A stretch of DNA of 64,000 bases. Source: the human T2T-CHM13v2.0 reference genome, Homo sapiens. Under the pieces are notes generated by a model, which ran no database searches, was not told where the DNA came from, and worked only from the letters and a program-made list of their open reading frames with translations. The stretch lies in the NCBI RefSeq assembly GCF_009914755.1, contig NC_060927.1. One strand, 5' to 3'. Of the stretch, positions 47,278 to 62,660 are shown piece by piece; within the stretch, counting starts at the first letter, position 1, and each line of letters starts with the position of its first letter. The position numbers and the translations under genes are program-made.

Positions 47278-47597
47278 CTTAGTGTTTTCCATTTCCCCTT
47301 TATTAAATGTATGCAGTATTTAAATGTAAACACAAACTCCATTTAGCTATTTAAAAGAATTCCTGTTTGGAATAGTTGATTAAATTCGGTTTTCATAAAA
47401 GTACAGATAATTTTCTGATTAAATGATTTTCCTATGATTTTTTTAAAATCATATAAGTAGGACATGGGATTTTCTTTAAAATTAATCAGCAAGCAGTGAA
47501 ATAGTATTCTATCTCCTCACCCAAAAGTCTTTGATTTAAGAAAATCTATGTTCTCTCCACTGATAAAGTTCTAAGTTTAAAAGAATGTTCTACTTAC

Positions 47598-47670
47598 CAA
47601 ATCAATCTGATCTAAAGAAATTTTCCCAACATTTCCCTGGGTACTGTAATCTTGGCCAGTGTAGGAATGA
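47598..47670 (-). pseudogene. PRIM2BP: PRIM2-like exon (equivalent to exon 9), 73 nt, open frame
   Basis: Minus strand reads tttttaaag|T CAT TCC TAC ACT GGC CAA GAT TAC AGT ACC CAG GGA AAT GTT GGG AAA ATT TCT TTA GAT CAG ATT GAT TTG|gtaagta = (S)[24 protein letters not shown], with a polypyrimidine acceptor and a consensus donor. Confidence 0.95.
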
Positions 47671-48704
47671 CTTTAAAAAAAGAAAAAAATATATTAAAAC
47701 AGATTCACAAAATACTTTTGATCCCTTTGAAGGAAATTTTTAAAATTATGAATATGATTAAAATAAGAAAGCATTTTACATGTAAACCTTAGCAGAAACA
47801 TAGCCAAGTGTTTTAAACGTATTTAATGAAATTAATTTAAGTAACTTACCCCAAAATAATTGAAAAATATAGTAACAGTCTGAACCTCCTGACTCCTAGT
47901 CTAGAGCACCACTTCCATTTTTTTAGAAGCATAATCCAAGTTGTTAAAGTTCAAACCTCTACCATTTATCCTTTATTAACAGCACGACAACATAGCAAAA
48001 AAGCAGCTGGAACTTAAATTGGGAATCATCACTTAAAAGTAGTAGGTGAGCAAGTTACTTAGTTACTCTCTGTATGCCAGGTGCCTTATTGACTAATGGC
48101 GATAATAATGCCTGCTTTGCAGTGTTGATAGGAGGTCTGAATTGTAAGAATTTTTGTTAAAGAGCCTGACATAAAGCAATCACTGTTTATTAAAATAAAT
48201 AATATCTGAATAGCATTTTACAGTGTACAAAGAGTCCTCAATAGCCTCTAATTAGATCCTTGCAACACCCTGAAAGAGCGTTTCTGTATATCATTTGATG
48301 AATGGAGGCTTGGAGGAGTTAGAAACTTGTTAGGATCAGAAAGCAAGTCAGCAGTACAGTGGGAACTCAAACCTTTTGATTCCTAATTCCCCATTTTTTC
48401 ACTGCACCATATCATCCTTTTCCCTATAATAAATTTTCCTGCATGATTATCTTCAAATTAAGAAACATAACTTGGTATATACTACCTTAAGCCACCCACC
48501 TCAGTAATGTTTCACCTCCTTCACACAACACACTACTCATGTCCAACTCCATGAACACAGACTCAGGTGCATGCAGGTGTGACATAGCAAAAAACAGCTG
48601 CTAGATTACATAGAAATTCACAATCAAACCAAAGATTATACAAATACCACAACTAAAGGGAAACCCTGGAGTGAAGAGTCATTATGATCATAAAGAATTC
48701 CACC

Positions 48705-48948
48705 GGGGCAACAGAGTAAGACTCTGTCTCTACAAATAATAAAAATTAAAAAAAAACAAAAACAAAAACAAAAACCTGGGCATGGTGGCATGCCTGTAGT
48801 CCTAGCTACTCTGGAGGCTGAGGTAAGAGGATTGCTTGAGCCAGGGAGATCAAGGCTGTAGTGAGCCATGATCATGCCTGAGCATTCGAGCCTAGGCTAT
48901 AGAGCGAGACTCTGTCTCAAAAAAACAAACAAACAAACAAACAAAAAA
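48705..48948 (+). mobile_element. 5'-truncated AluJ
   Basis: Partial left arm, full right arm, (AAAC)n tail. Confidence 0.85.
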
Positions 48949-49100
48949 TCCAGATACTACTTTCTATCTGCTCAGTTACAGATTCTTCCTGCTGAACCAC
49001 ATATACGCTCAAGATGCTCTGTAGACAGGCTGTTGTTTCCATAATCAATCAATTTTACTGATTAAACAATGGGTATGGATTATGAAGCAAAACCACAATA

Positions 49101-49388
49101 TAGCTGGCTCACACCTGTCATCCCAGCACTTTTGGAGGCTGAGGCAGGCAGATGGCTTGAGCCCAGAAGTTCAAGACTAGCCTAAGCAACAACATGACAA
49201 AACCTTGTCTCTACAAAAAATACAAAAATTGGCCAGGCGTGGTAGTGTGTGCCTGTAGTCCCAGCTACTCAGGAGGCTGAAGCAGTAGGATGGCTTGAGC
49301 CCAGGAGGTGTAGGATGCAGTGAGCTGAGATCATGCTCCACCCTGGGTGACAGAGTAAGACCTTGTATCAAAAAAAAGAAAAAAAAAA
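49101..49388 (+). mobile_element. AluJ
   Basis: Diverged dimer with poly-A. Confidence 0.88.
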
Positions 49389-49477
49389 GGTACAGATTTC
49401 CCCTCCCTACAAGTCCTCCTTCTACAGGCTAAGAAGGACCTGAGAATTACTCTGAGAGCAGAATGGGTAGACTAATA

Positions 49478-50420
49478 CTGAGGGAAACCAGAAGATGCCA
49501 CCCCCAAAATATGAAGGATTACTGAGCGAAGGCAATTTAAGAAGAAGCAGATTCAGGAAAGCTCTCTGCCCTCCCTCTATCTGCCTAAAAGCAAAACACA
49601 GATTTACAAAGACAAAAGTCATCCTGCCCACCTTTTACCAGTGAGAACAAAGGTTGATCAGTGAAGATAACTTCAGATTCTTATTATGTGGAGATGATAC
49701 CAGAGGAAACTATATGAACAAGCTTTACCAACTGGTCTTTATCTGCCATTTATTTGCCTTCTCACAAGTTGCTGCCACCAGAGACTCAAAGTCCTTTTCC
49801 TTTGCCATGTCACTTCTCTAGAAATGTATTGCTCTTAGTTGAATTTGCTACGTAAACTTGAATTGAAAGCACCTTTTTTGAGAACTACTTACTTTCTGGA
49901 TGTTTTCCATGCATATGTCTTCCATAGCACACACATGTGCTATGGTTTGAATATCTGTCCCTTCCAAAACTCATGTTTAAATTTAATCCCTAATGTGGCA
50001 GTATTGAGAGGTGGGATTAATGGATAGAGGATTAATAGATTAATGAGTTGCCATGGGAAGGAAACTTGTGGCTTTACAAAATGAGGAAGAGAGACTTGAG
50101 CTGGCATGTTAACAGACTCAGCCCCCTCGCCATGTGATACCCTACACCACCTCAAGACTCTTCAGAGAGTCCCTACCAGCAAGAAAGCTCTCACCAGGTG
50201 CACCCTCTGGACCTTGGACTTCCCATCCTCCATAACTGTAAGAAATAAATTTGTTTCCTTTATAAATTACCCAATTTCAGATATTCTGTTATAAGCACAG
50301 AAAACTGATACAAAATGTTAATAAACTTGTTTGTTTTTCTCCTATTAATCTGTCTTTTGTTACATGGGTCCTTTCCAACCTATAGGACTTGAAGAAAAAA
50401 TTCTTCTTCTTCCCCTATGA
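49478..50420 (+). mobile_element. ERV1 LTR (MER34/LTR48-group) split by an MST LTR
   Basis: Starts tgagggaaaccagaagatgccacccccaaaatatg; resumes aataaacttg...ttaatctgtcttttg after 50312. Confidence 0.65.
49938..50312 (+). mobile_element. MSTB-like MaLR LTR
   Basis: tgctatggtttgaatatctgtcccttccaaaactcatg...taaattacccaatttcagatattctgttataagca. Confidence 0.85.
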
Positions 50421-50732
50421 GACCATATCCTAAAACACATCTCCTCTTGTATTATTTTCCCTTGCCTTGAATTATCTTTCCCTTGAGTAACACCTTTCTG
50501 ACAATGTGTTATTGGATTCTATGCATTCCATTAATTGCAGTAGCACAATGGCATATAAAACTCATGCAAAGTTAAATTGATAGCTGCCATTTAACTTTAA
50601 TGTTTTAGACTTTAGTACACAGCATAACCAGATAATTGTTTCAGTGAAATCTCAGGAATAAAAATGTTATTTCTTTTTCCAACATGTCTTACAGCATGGG
50701 GCATTGGGAATGGCAGTAGGCTAGGAGTATGA

Positions 50733-51058
<326 letters not shown>

Positions 51059-51813
51059 GGTTTTTGTTCTTTAAATACCAGTTCTGCAAACTGGGACAAG
51101 TCACTTAACCATTCTGATTTGCATCATCCTTATTTGTAAAATGGCACTAATAATGCCAGCCCTGCCTAAATTAACAGAAATACTGGGAAATCAAATGAAA
51201 TAATGTATCCAAAGTGCTAATTAAAATCAGTAAAGCACACTCCAGCACAAAGAGCAATTGCATTCTTGACCAGTAAGTACAGAAATGACAGGATTGTAAG
51301 AGAGACAACAGCATGATCCTGTAGAGGAGCCATCACCCAGCTGGGAAGTACTAGGCCATGCCATTGACCCTTATAAGTCTCAGCTTCTTAGTCTATCAGC
51401 TGAAGGTCGTGATTACAATGATGTAACAGGATTGTTCAGATCAAATAAACAAATATGAAAGGCCTCTATAAATGGTAAAATGATGTACAAACAGAATTAT
51501 AGTTATTGAATAAATGAAGCCAAATGATTACTATGCCACAAGGAAGTTGTTCTCAGCCCAGATTAATGCATACTATACTAAGTACAAAGAGAAGACATAT
51601 AAAGAGGACATATACATTTGCCTAAATGACAGTATAAAATGCTTGTTCTTCCACACCTCACTAGAATATACAAAAGGGCTAAATTTCAAGGAAAAAAAGA
51701 AAGCAAGAGAATGCTAGCAACGATGAATGCAAAGACTTTATTGGTATAAATGCCTACAGAGAGAATATAAGTAGACTTAAACTGTGTAGACATCAAACTT
51801 CTAAAAATATTTT

Positions 51814-52120
51814 TGGCCAGTCCTAGTGGCTCATGCCTCTATTCCCAGCACTTTGGGAAGCCAAAGCAGGAGGACCGCTTGAGCCCAGGAGTTAGAGAGC
51901 AGCCTGGGCAACATATAGCAAGACATCATCGCTACAAAAAAAAAAAAAAAAAATTAGCTGGGTGTAGTGGCACGCACCTGTAGTCTCAGCTACTCAGGAG
52001 GCTGAGGTGGGAGGATTGCTTGAGCCTAGGAGTTTGATGTTGCAGTGATTTATGATCACATCACTGCAGTCCAGCCTGGATGAGGGATTGAGACCCTGTC
52101 TCAAAAATAAAAAATAAAAA
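51814..52120 (+). mobile_element. AluJ
   Basis: Diverged dimer with an expanded middle A run. Confidence 0.9.
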
Positions 52121-55100
52121 CTCTATAAAAAAACATATACGTAACAGAAAGAAGGCCACCAGCCTAGTGTGGGCAAGTATGGAACCCATGGGGGTGGGGA
52201 AGAATATGATAGAAATGAAGATGTCAAGTATCAGAATTAGGAATGACATTTCTCCTCTACTCATCTATAATCAGAAAGGCTTACTTATGTCTGCATTAGA
52301 GGAAGTGATAATAAACATCACAGCTACTTAAACCTATTTGAACTAGTTAAGGATAGCTGGGGGGCAGGGGGATTGTTAGATACAACACAAGAAAGGCAGA
52401 TGGTGAGAAGCCTGTATCCCATGCTCTGCAGGCAGTGAAAAATCATGAAAAATATGTGAGGCAAGAACTGACATAATCCAGTTTACACTTGAGAAACAAA
52501 GCAGTGTGGGGAAATAATTAGAAAGGGGAGGGACTGGCAACTAACTGGAAGAATACTGTAGGCAATGTTACATCCAGGCGAGGAAAGGTGAGAGCCTGAG
52601 TAAAGTAGTGGTAACGATGGAGAAAGGAAGGCAATAGATGGGTTCAGGAAATTTTCTGGAAAAGAATGGATATGCTTTGATGAAGGAGGTAGAAAAGTCA
52701 AGAATAACAGATCAGTTTCTAGCCTGAGTGACTGAGTGCTTCCAAGCCACGATTTCACTTTCCACAAGATAAAAACTATTTAGCCTAAACAATAAAACTG
52801 TAATTCAGGAATAAACTTACAAAGAAATTATGAAAATACAAGTTTTGATAATAAATTTTCTTCACTCATCTTTACAATGTTTCCAGGTGAACAGTTTTTT
52901 CCTCATAATAATGAATCATTGACAGAAGCTCAAAAATCAAGGTATAAGAAAAACAAATAATGCTGCCATAAAATAAAAAAACCCTTAAAAGCAATTCACA
53001 TTTGCTCATGAAACTGGCTTTTACCTGGAAGTGCCAAAAGATGGTTCTAAAGGAGAATCCTAACAGGTAGCCAGGGAAAGAGACGCACCCTTCTCCATTC
53101 AGAGCTCAGCGCCAGCTTTCTATCATACTGCTGCCAAATAAATGAAGCTGCTATATTAATGAATTGTCAAAATATATTCTTATTTTCATGATTTGAAAAT
53201 GATCGATTTTATGAGGGAACATGTCTTAGTAATTATATTGGGAAAACACAGAAAGTCATTTTTAAATGCAAAAAACATTTCTAATTGCTTCAACATCTAT
53301 AAACACATGCAAACCCAGCAGAAAACAGTTTTCTGTCCATTTAAAATACTCACAGCTTTATTTTGAGAGACATTCACTGTCACCAACATAGTTTTTTAAA
53401 TAAGGGATTCAGTAAGCATAAAAACTTTCCTACTCCTAATGTTTCATAAAAGAATAAAGTGAGATGTAACACAAATACCATTTTTTCAATATAGAAGACC
53501 AAAGAACATTTTAATGGGTCACAAAATTCAAATTATGTCATTAACGACTATTTTGCCAAATATAAAGGGCAATGTTTGATTAATCAGAGAATCTTGAAAA
53601 ATCTGAATTTGATTTCCTTAATTCTCAGTTTAGCCACTAATTTTCCACAAGTTTAAAAGGAAAAAAGACAAGGCAAGCTATGCATCAATTTTTTTCATCC
53701 ATAAATATGTGTGGTAATGGATAAGGAATTGCAGTGATTTACTTACACTCCCTATGCATAATTTATTTGCTAAAGTATCAGGTGAAAGGCATTAAGGGTG
53801 AAATATCAGTTTTCTCAGGTTATAGAAAAGTAGTGAAAACAATAAAGATGTGGTTCAGTGAATATTCAATTACATTAGAAATCTAACTGAAGACACTGGA
53901 TTGTAAAAGGATATAGTGTATTTTTGCTAAAATGTAACAATTACTGCACTGTAACAGCAAAATAAACACCTTCACTACCGAAACAGAACCATATAAATGC
54001 ATAAAACCCAGGACAAACTACTTTTCTAATATCACTAGATTGTCAGATTCTCTCTCTATAAGACACTTTTTTTCCACATCCCTGTTGTTGTCCTTATCTG
54101 GATGTAAAAGATTCTAATTACTAAAACAAACAAACAAAAAAACACCACGCACACACCTTCAGGAATCCCTGTACGACCCCCCTATTTCTCAGCGTACATT
54201 TATTAAGCACCTTTGTGGCCAAGGAAGGGTCCAAGCAGTGAAGGATCCAGACATAGTCCAGGGAGGATAATGTGATGAGTGCCACAATGCTCAAAACAAT
54301 TGTTCCTCAAGCCCGCAGAGGGGAGGTCTCTTCTAAATGAAGGGTGAGAGGAGAAGGTAGGCAATGTGGAGCATTAAAGATTTTTGAGCAATACAATGGC
54401 ACTGAATAGAGAGAGTTATGCTTTAGAAACACAGACTACAGGATTCTAGAATGTTATTAGAATGTTGTTGAAATGCCAGACAACAGGTCTAGGTTGAATA
54501 GAGAAGCCTGCTGAGCCACAGGGGGAGGTGAACTTGGGGAACTGAAATAGAAGTCTGGGATGAAAGGAAGATGACAATCAGTAGGAATGAGCAACTAGGG
54601 AGTAAAGTGGAAGAATTAGAGATTGTAGTCGGAAAATAATTTAAGCTTGGAGGTTTAGAAGTAGGATGTGATAATCACAAAAAAAGTCAAAGACCTGGTT
54701 GTTTTAATATCTTTATCATTTGTAGTTTAACAATGTTGAATATATTAAAACATTCTGACATTTTGACCAGGTTCATAAAAGTATGTAATTAAAGTTTATT
54801 AAGGTTGTTGAAGGGGTTTTAAAGTAAGAATGTGATAAGGGCATAGCATTTTGGAATAATAAAGTCTTTTTCTTGGAATCTGAAGGGTTATCACATGGAG
54901 GGGCAGAAAAGAGAAGCAAAGCCAAGAAAATTCTAAAAAGTAGTTTATAGATGAAGAGGTTAGGTTAGAGAAAAAACACAAGCAAAGGCAGGTGGGCAGG
55001 GGGTGGGGGAGAAATTCGGTAGGAAATTAGGTAGGTCCTGAGATAGGTCTTTAATCAAAGGCCATTAAAATATAATTTTAAAAACCCCTTTAAGTCCTAC

Positions 55101-55311
55101 TTCCTTTGTAATAATATAGTGCTAAGTTTCTGTTTTCATGAAAATTTGAGGTTTTCTCCAGGTTTCTAAACACCTAAGTGTACATATAATAGTGCCTTCT
55201 AAGAAAACAGAATTTTGCAATTGTGTATAACAAACTCTGCCTACACAAAAGTAATCTGGTGTTTTTGTTTTGTTTTGAGGTGATGGTCTTAAATTATATA
55301 TTCTGCTATAA

Positions 55312-55653
<342 letters not shown>

Positions 55654-57244
55654 AAAAGCATCTTTTAATGGTTGCATTTGTTCAATAAACTTACATAAAA
55701 CTTAATTAAAACACAGTCGCACCTGAGGAATTTTCCCTCTCATATTATCTCACTCATTAAACATAAGAGGCCAGCATGGCTAGTTTTCCAATATAGCTTA
55801 AAATCACAGTAAACAGAAAATTATAAAGCTAACAGAATTTCAATAATTTATAGGCTGAAAAGAGAAAGGTTAAGACTTTCAAAACATACAAAACACATAT
55901 TTACGCAACCAAATTTAAATGATCCCATTTTAAATCCAATTAAATCAATCTAATTTTGGAGAATGCAGGGGTTGGGGAATGACCAAGACAGCAAGGCATA
56001 ATTAATCACATCCACACTAAACTAGAGTTTCCCCCAAATACTGTCTCACAAACGTCTAATGTACAGAGCAAAAATACCATGGATATATAAAAGGATAAAT
56101 CTGAAACAGATACATCTGCACACATCTGATCTGTGAATTGTAGTGAAAGGCAGACCTACTCCTGGACTTTGTAGAAACAACAGAAATTTAAGTCCTGTTC
56201 AATGTACCAGGAATATCAATATGAGCACTTAGGTACTCAACAGGGAATTGTTTTTGAGTCTTGAAACTCAGAGTTGAAAACAAAAAGCAGAAATTACATG
56301 AAAGTGGATTTATGGGTCTCATGGCAAGATTAGCTGGTTAAGAAAAATAATAATAATCTTTTCATGCTGTGGCACTGATTGTTAGCAGAAGATGGATCAT
56401 CACACCTCAGCTCCAAGAGTGGTATTCACCAGCTCCACTACTGTGACATAAATGCCACAAGGCATTACTGACAAAATGGGAGGGCAAAAGTCAGCTTTTC
56501 ATGGGTGATTACAACGCCAGTCATTTTCTCCTTTTCAGACTACTGATGAAAATTTGACAGAGTAAACAGAAAGTAGTGGAATAGTTGCAACACTTTAGGA
56601 GTTGGCTGCAACTTCTCTTCATTTGTATAATTTCTCCATGTCCAGTTTGCCCAAGGCAATCATGGAGGCATAAAAGAACCAGGCAATAAATAGAGAAGCG
56701 TGATTAAGAGGGTAAGTTTCAGAATTCAAGAGTCATGCAAAAGTTTGCATACAGTCACTATCTGTGTGATTTTGCAAAGATTTCTTAATTGCTTTCATCT
56801 TAATCACTGGTAAAACAGGGATTATAAAACAGATCACAAAAGTGCTGCTCTCAAAGAGTTGTTGTGAGGACAAATGAAACGTCTGTAGTGTTTATCACAG
56901 TATTTTTCACTTAAATTGTAATAAACATCATCATCATCTCGGCCTAAATTTATTATTCTTAAACATTTTGGATTTTTTTCTCTGTTCTTAACGTTCACCA
57001 ATTTCTTCCTATGAATACTAGAAAAAATAATTTCCTTCCAACCTTCTTCATACTATCACATAAAATGTTTAACCTCAAAGTATTAATAGGAGAATTTAGA
57101 TGTCCTTGAATAACCTGATATCTGGAAGATTTTGTGAGTCTATCATTATAGTCTATATTTACATTTTTAGGAAGTGTCCAAAGTACAAATATTCAACTTA
57201 AACAGTAGAGATTTAAATGAAATCCATTTTTATAAAGCTTTACT

Positions 57245-57690
57245 GTTATGTAGTATCCATTAGCCAAATGTGACCATTGAGCACTTGAAATGTAGCTTAA
57301 ACTAAATTGAGATGTTCAACAAGTACAAAGTACACACTGGATTTCAAAGACTTAGTACATAAAATGTAAAATATTTCATTCACAATTTTTCATAGTGATT
57401 ACATATTAAAATATTTTGAGCTGGGTGTGGTGGCACATATCTGTAGTCCCAGCTACTCAGGAAGCTAAGGAAGAAAGATTACTTGAGCCTAGGAGTTCAA
57501 GTAGCTGAGCCTGGGCAAAAGAGCAAGACCCCATCTCTTAAAAAAATAAATAAAAGCTATTTTGAATAAGAGTTAAATAAGGTATGTTATCAAAATTAAT
57601 TTCACTGAGTAATTTAAAATTATATATAATTATATATGTGGCTTACATTTGTTGCTCTCATTATGATTCTACTGGATAGCATTATTGTAT
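57245..57690. mobile_element. MER33-like hAT element with an Alu monomer (57418-57553) inserted
   Basis: ttgagcacttgaaatgtagct...acactggatttcaaagacttagtac...ctactggatagca. Confidence 0.7.
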
Positions 57691-60096
57691 AGTGAGGACA
57701 CAATGACATAAAACAATCAAATAGTTCGCTGGAGGACTTGGTATACCTATAGAATAGCCAGATGACTTGCCCTGACTTCTATTTGCTACACTAAGATTAA
57801 TCTCTGCCAGTCATAAACAAAATACAGGCTGCAATTAGGCCAACTAAAGGAAGTGCTTCAAGTTTATTGTAAATGTGCTTGTTTTTACAACATTTTACTT
57901 GGGAATCAAGTTTTTATATTTAAGTCATAGTTTGCCATTTATAGTATTAGGGAAGCAATCTTGAATTCTGATTAGCTTAGCGGTAACCTGAATTGTTTCT
58001 CTGGGGACAAAGAAAGCTGTGACATGTTTATCTGCGAGGCTTTGGGGCTGCTTGGCCAACCTCAACCTCAATACCTAATTGCAACTGTCCATTCTCTCAT
58101 TTGTAAGAAGCCATAATAGACAGGATGCAAATGTGGCTTACAGCAAAATCCTAAGCCAGAGTGGAAAGAGTTCCTCCCTCATCCTCAGGGGGTATTTCTC
58201 TGCCCTCCCTCCCCACCAGCAGACAGAGTTTCTGACATTCATAAAACAATAACATATAAAACATATTTCCATTCTTTGTCAAGCATTTCCCAGTATTCTT
58301 AAGCCTAAAGAGGTTAACACCATTTACTCCTTTCTATCTGACAGGTTATAGTTTATCATATTTTTTAAATTAGCATAAAATAAAAAAGCAGTGAAGAAAG
58401 CATCACAAATAATCAAAACTGATCTCTGCATCAAAGAAACATATTTATTTGGACCATTAAAATGTTAGCTAATACATCTTTCAAAATGAACTGTAATCTC
58501 CTACATCATTCCATAAAAGTATACCAAGTTCCAATACAGCCTTTTCACATAAAGCCAGGTGTAATAATAGCACAAATGGAAAAACAATTCAGGAAGAGGA
58601 AATAAATGTTTCTGTACATTACCCATATATCTATTTTTTGCAATCACAATTTTACCCACTTAGGGTGTTAAAAAAAAAAAACCCTATCCACATAAACTAA
58701 GCCACTCAGACATTTAGAAAGCACAGTCCCTGCACTTTGGATTTGTTGGGTGGGTAGGAAATCAAAGGAACCAAAGCTACAATATATCATTTCCTGTGGT
58801 GAAGGATATCACAGGAAAATTCAGTCAACAGCTGTCACCACTGAAATTGAAATGAGTTTGGGTTTTTTTTCTCCAGCTAAATCCGTAGTAAATGATATCC
58901 AGCTTGTATTAGCCCAGGTGATTTTCCCTGCAGTTATTCCAAATGAGAACACAATCAATAAAATTCTGTTTTAAATTGGTTGAATGTAGATTATTTTTCC
59001 ACAAGCATAAATTTTATTCAACTTTATTTAAAAAAATGTCTCCACAGAAAACTACCATCAGACAACATGCAGTGTAAGATCTATTTTTCTTTATAACTGG
59101 GAGAAATTGTATGATTCCAAGAGGCTAAAATATCCATAAAAATCAGGACCATAGGGGTTTCCATATCAGGTAGGAACTATAAATAGTACAACTGCTACTT
59201 TATTTTATGTTTCCCTCATCTTCCCCATGTGGCCCATATTTTCCTATTTATTTCAAGTTATAACCAAAATCCAATGAACTCCAAGATAAGTGAAAGTTGC
59301 ATCTCATTTTTCTATAAAAATATCTGTACATTTGTCAAAAGACATTGAACTATACCCTTTAAATGGGTGGATTTTTTGTGTATAAATTGTACCTCAATAA
59401 AATTGATTTTAAAAGTAAAATACACACATACACCCCTGTAACATATATTCAAACTACAGCTTTACATTGGTATTTTCACCATATAACTTTAAGACCCCCA
59501 ACAAACATATCTATTTTCATGAGTAAAAATTTTATGTTCCTTTACTCTCTATATTCTTAGTATATATTCTAGTAATATGATGAACCCAAATACAGATGGT
59601 TTTGGTTTTGGGTTGGGTCCAGGATAGTCAAATGACTACAATAAAGAAAGGATTCATAATAGGCTAGTCATGAAAAAGTGAAAGGTCGAGGGAATAAAGT
59701 TCCAACATCCAGCAAAATTAATACGTTAAAATGATGGACAACGTCTTCCCATTCCCCCACAAATAATTTACACAATGTGGAATGCTACTGAGATGAGCTA
59801 TTACACATTTATGGCATTCTAGGATTATCCCCTCACATTTGTTCCCCAATAACTGCCACAATGTTTTGGGAGCTTTGGTAGGAGGTGCTGGAACAGTTAA
59901 TGAGGATTATTATTAAAAGTCACAGTCCAACAGTCACATTACATCCTTTCCTTATACACCACTTCAGTCTCACATAGCCATTGACAATGCCTCATAATGT
60001 TTAAGGGTTTCATTTCATAGATCAAAAGAGCAAGGTATGTAACAGTTTTGTTTCTGGTTTTGTTTTTGAATACAAGTGGTCAACATTTGAATAACT

Positions 60097-61162
60097 TGTT
60101 GCCGGAAGTCGGGGACCCCAAACAGAGGGACCGGCTGAAGCCATGGCAGAAGAACGTGGATTGTGAAGATTTCATGGACATTTATTAGTTCCCCAAATTA
60201 ATACTTTTATAATTTCTTACGCCTGTCTTTACTGCAATCTCTAAGCATAAATTGTTAAGATTTCATGGACACTTATCACTTCCCCAGTCAATACCCTTGT
60301 GATTTCCTATGCCTGTCTTTACTTTCATCTCTTGAACCTGTCAGCTGAGGAGAATGTCGCCTCAGGACCCTGTAATAATTGCATTAACTGCACAAATTGT
60401 ACAGCATGTGTGTTTGAGCAATATGAAATCTGGGCACCTTGAAAAAAGAACAAGATAACAGCAATTGTTCAGTGAATAAGAGAGAGAACCTTAAACTCTG
60501 ACCGCCGGTGAGCCAGGCAGAACAGAGCCATATTTCTCTTCTTTCAAAAGCAAATGGGAGAAATATCGCTGAATTCCTTTTCTCAGCAAGGAACATCCCT
60601 GAGAAAGAGAATGCCCGCCTGGGGGTAGGCCTATGAACGGCCCCCCTGGGCGTAGCCATCTCTTATGGTCGAGACTGCAGGGCTGAAATAGACCCCAGTC
60701 TCCCATAGCGCTCCCAGGCTTATTAGGAAGAGGAAATTCCTGCCTAATAAATTTTGGTCAGACCTGTTGATCTCAAAAACCCTGTCTCCTGATAAGATGC
60801 TATCAATAACAATGGTGCCCAAAACTTCATTAGCAATTTTAATTTCGCCTTGGTCCTGTGGTCCTGTGATCTCGCCCTGCCTCCACTTGCCTTGTGATAT
60901 TCTATTACCTTGTAAAGTACTTAATGTCTGTGACCCACACCTATTCGCACACTCCCACCCCTTTTGAAAATCCCTAATAAAAACTTGCTGGTTTTTGCGG
61001 CTTGTGGGGCATCACGGAACCTACCGACATGTGATGTCTCCCCTGGACACCCAGCTTTAAAATTTCTCTCTTTTGTACTCTGTCCCTTTATTTCTCAAGC
61101 TGGCTGACGCTTAAGGAAAATAGAAAAGAACCTATGTGAATATCGGGGCAGGTTCCCCAATA
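60097..61162 (+). mobile_element. MER11 solo LTR (HERV-K11/HML-8), full length, 1066 bp
   Basis: Starts tgttgccggaagtcggggacccc; internal aagatttcatggaca repeats; ends ggggcaggttccccaata; 6-bp TSD ataact/ataagt. Confidence 0.9.
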
Positions 61163-61467
61163 ATAAGTCATTGGTAAGAAAAAGAGGGAGCACTTCTGAG
61201 ATCACACAGAGGAATAGTAAGTACTCTCTGTCCTCCATGATTAGTTCCTGATTGCATAAAGAAGAGTTCTATGTCCCAAAACAAAAGATAAAAACAGTAG
61301 TACATTTCTACAAAGATAAAAAGCATTTCTTTATCATAGTTATCCTTTGGAAATAACAGAAAATCCATCAGCTTTTTGTCCAAATTACCATCTCATTCAG
61401 TCTCAATATTTAGCAGCTTGGAAAACGGAATTAAAGGTAAAATTTTTTAACCTGACAGTTTCTATAA

Positions 61468-61760
61468 TTCACTCATCCATTCATTCATTTATTCATTCAT
61501 TCAAGTGTTTACTGAGGTCCTATTATGCCATTCTTATAAGTAATGGGGAGATAGTGGTAAACAAGATGGCCAAATTCCTTCATCTAATGGAGCTCATACC
61601 CTAGGCAAAAAAATACTGAACAAGCAAACAAATTAAAACGATCATTCCAACTAGTGATGTTGCTGAGAAGAAAACATAACATAGTGAGAAAATATTATAA
61701 AGCACTTGTGAGAGTGACTTTACATTGGATGATTAAGGACACACCTCAATAAGACCTGAG
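61468..61760. mobile_element. L2 3' fragment
   Basis: (TTCA)n tail followed by aagtgtttactgag. Confidence 0.65.
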
Positions 61761-62489
61761 AAGATGCACCGCTATACACATTTTTGTTTGTTTCCACCAC
61801 TGTACACATTTGATGACTGTTCCTGGTAGATTGTATGTATGCAGTAAGTCAAGAACCAAGATACCACTACTAAAAGTGGGCATTTAAAATTCATCTTGTA
61901 TTATCCTTTCTAGCACTACTTTCCAAATAGTAATTAGAAACAATTGAGAGTGCATTAAACTTTTGATGAGTCTTGGTAGTCTGCCTTTCCTCAGCTCAAT
62001 TTATTAATTTTGTTTTGTGTTTACTCTGAGTAAATAAAGGTTAATTGGTTCTGGAATGCCAGGGGGTGCTCTTAGGTTAACTAAACATTTAGACTCACAA
62101 GACTATGCCATAGACCCCTTGTGGCATCAGTTTACTTGGAAAGATCCAGGACAGGAATCACAGCTTGCTAGCTGGGCAGCTTCAAGTATTCCTCTTCCAT
62201 GGAATCCTTACCACAGTCCTGCACAGGTGGACAATTCATTCAGGTACAGAGGCAAAATCCCCACCAGTACATGTGAGAGCTGCCCTGACTTAGGAGCCTC
62301 ATGACCCTCAGTGGCCACAATTGCTTATAACAGCTCCATACATATAGCTTTTCCAGGGCTACCTCAGATTTGAAACTCTAAGCCCCACTACTATGATTTT
62401 TTAAAAATATGTAATTATTTAAATAAATTTCAAATACAATATGGAACTACACTACCAAATACAGATACCATTAACTAAAATTGATTGCT

Positions 62490-62660
62490 GAAATTAAAAT
62501 TTTAATTAAATAAAATTAAATAAAATTTGAAATTCAGTTCTTTAGTAGCACTAGCCATGTTTCAAATGCTCAATAGCTGTAAGTGGCTATTGGCTACTGG
62601 ATTAAACAGTACAGGTATAGAACACTTCCATCATCACAGAAAGTTCTATTACATAACATT
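62490..62660. mobile_element. MER3/MER33 fragment
   Basis: gcactagccatgtttcaaatgctcaatagctgtaagtggcta...catcacagaaagttctatt. Confidence 0.7.

Noticed and set aside
53024-53150. Possible cryptic minus-strand exon ending at CAG|GTAAAA
   Set aside because: No convincing polypyrimidine acceptor and no similarity to PRIM2 protein.
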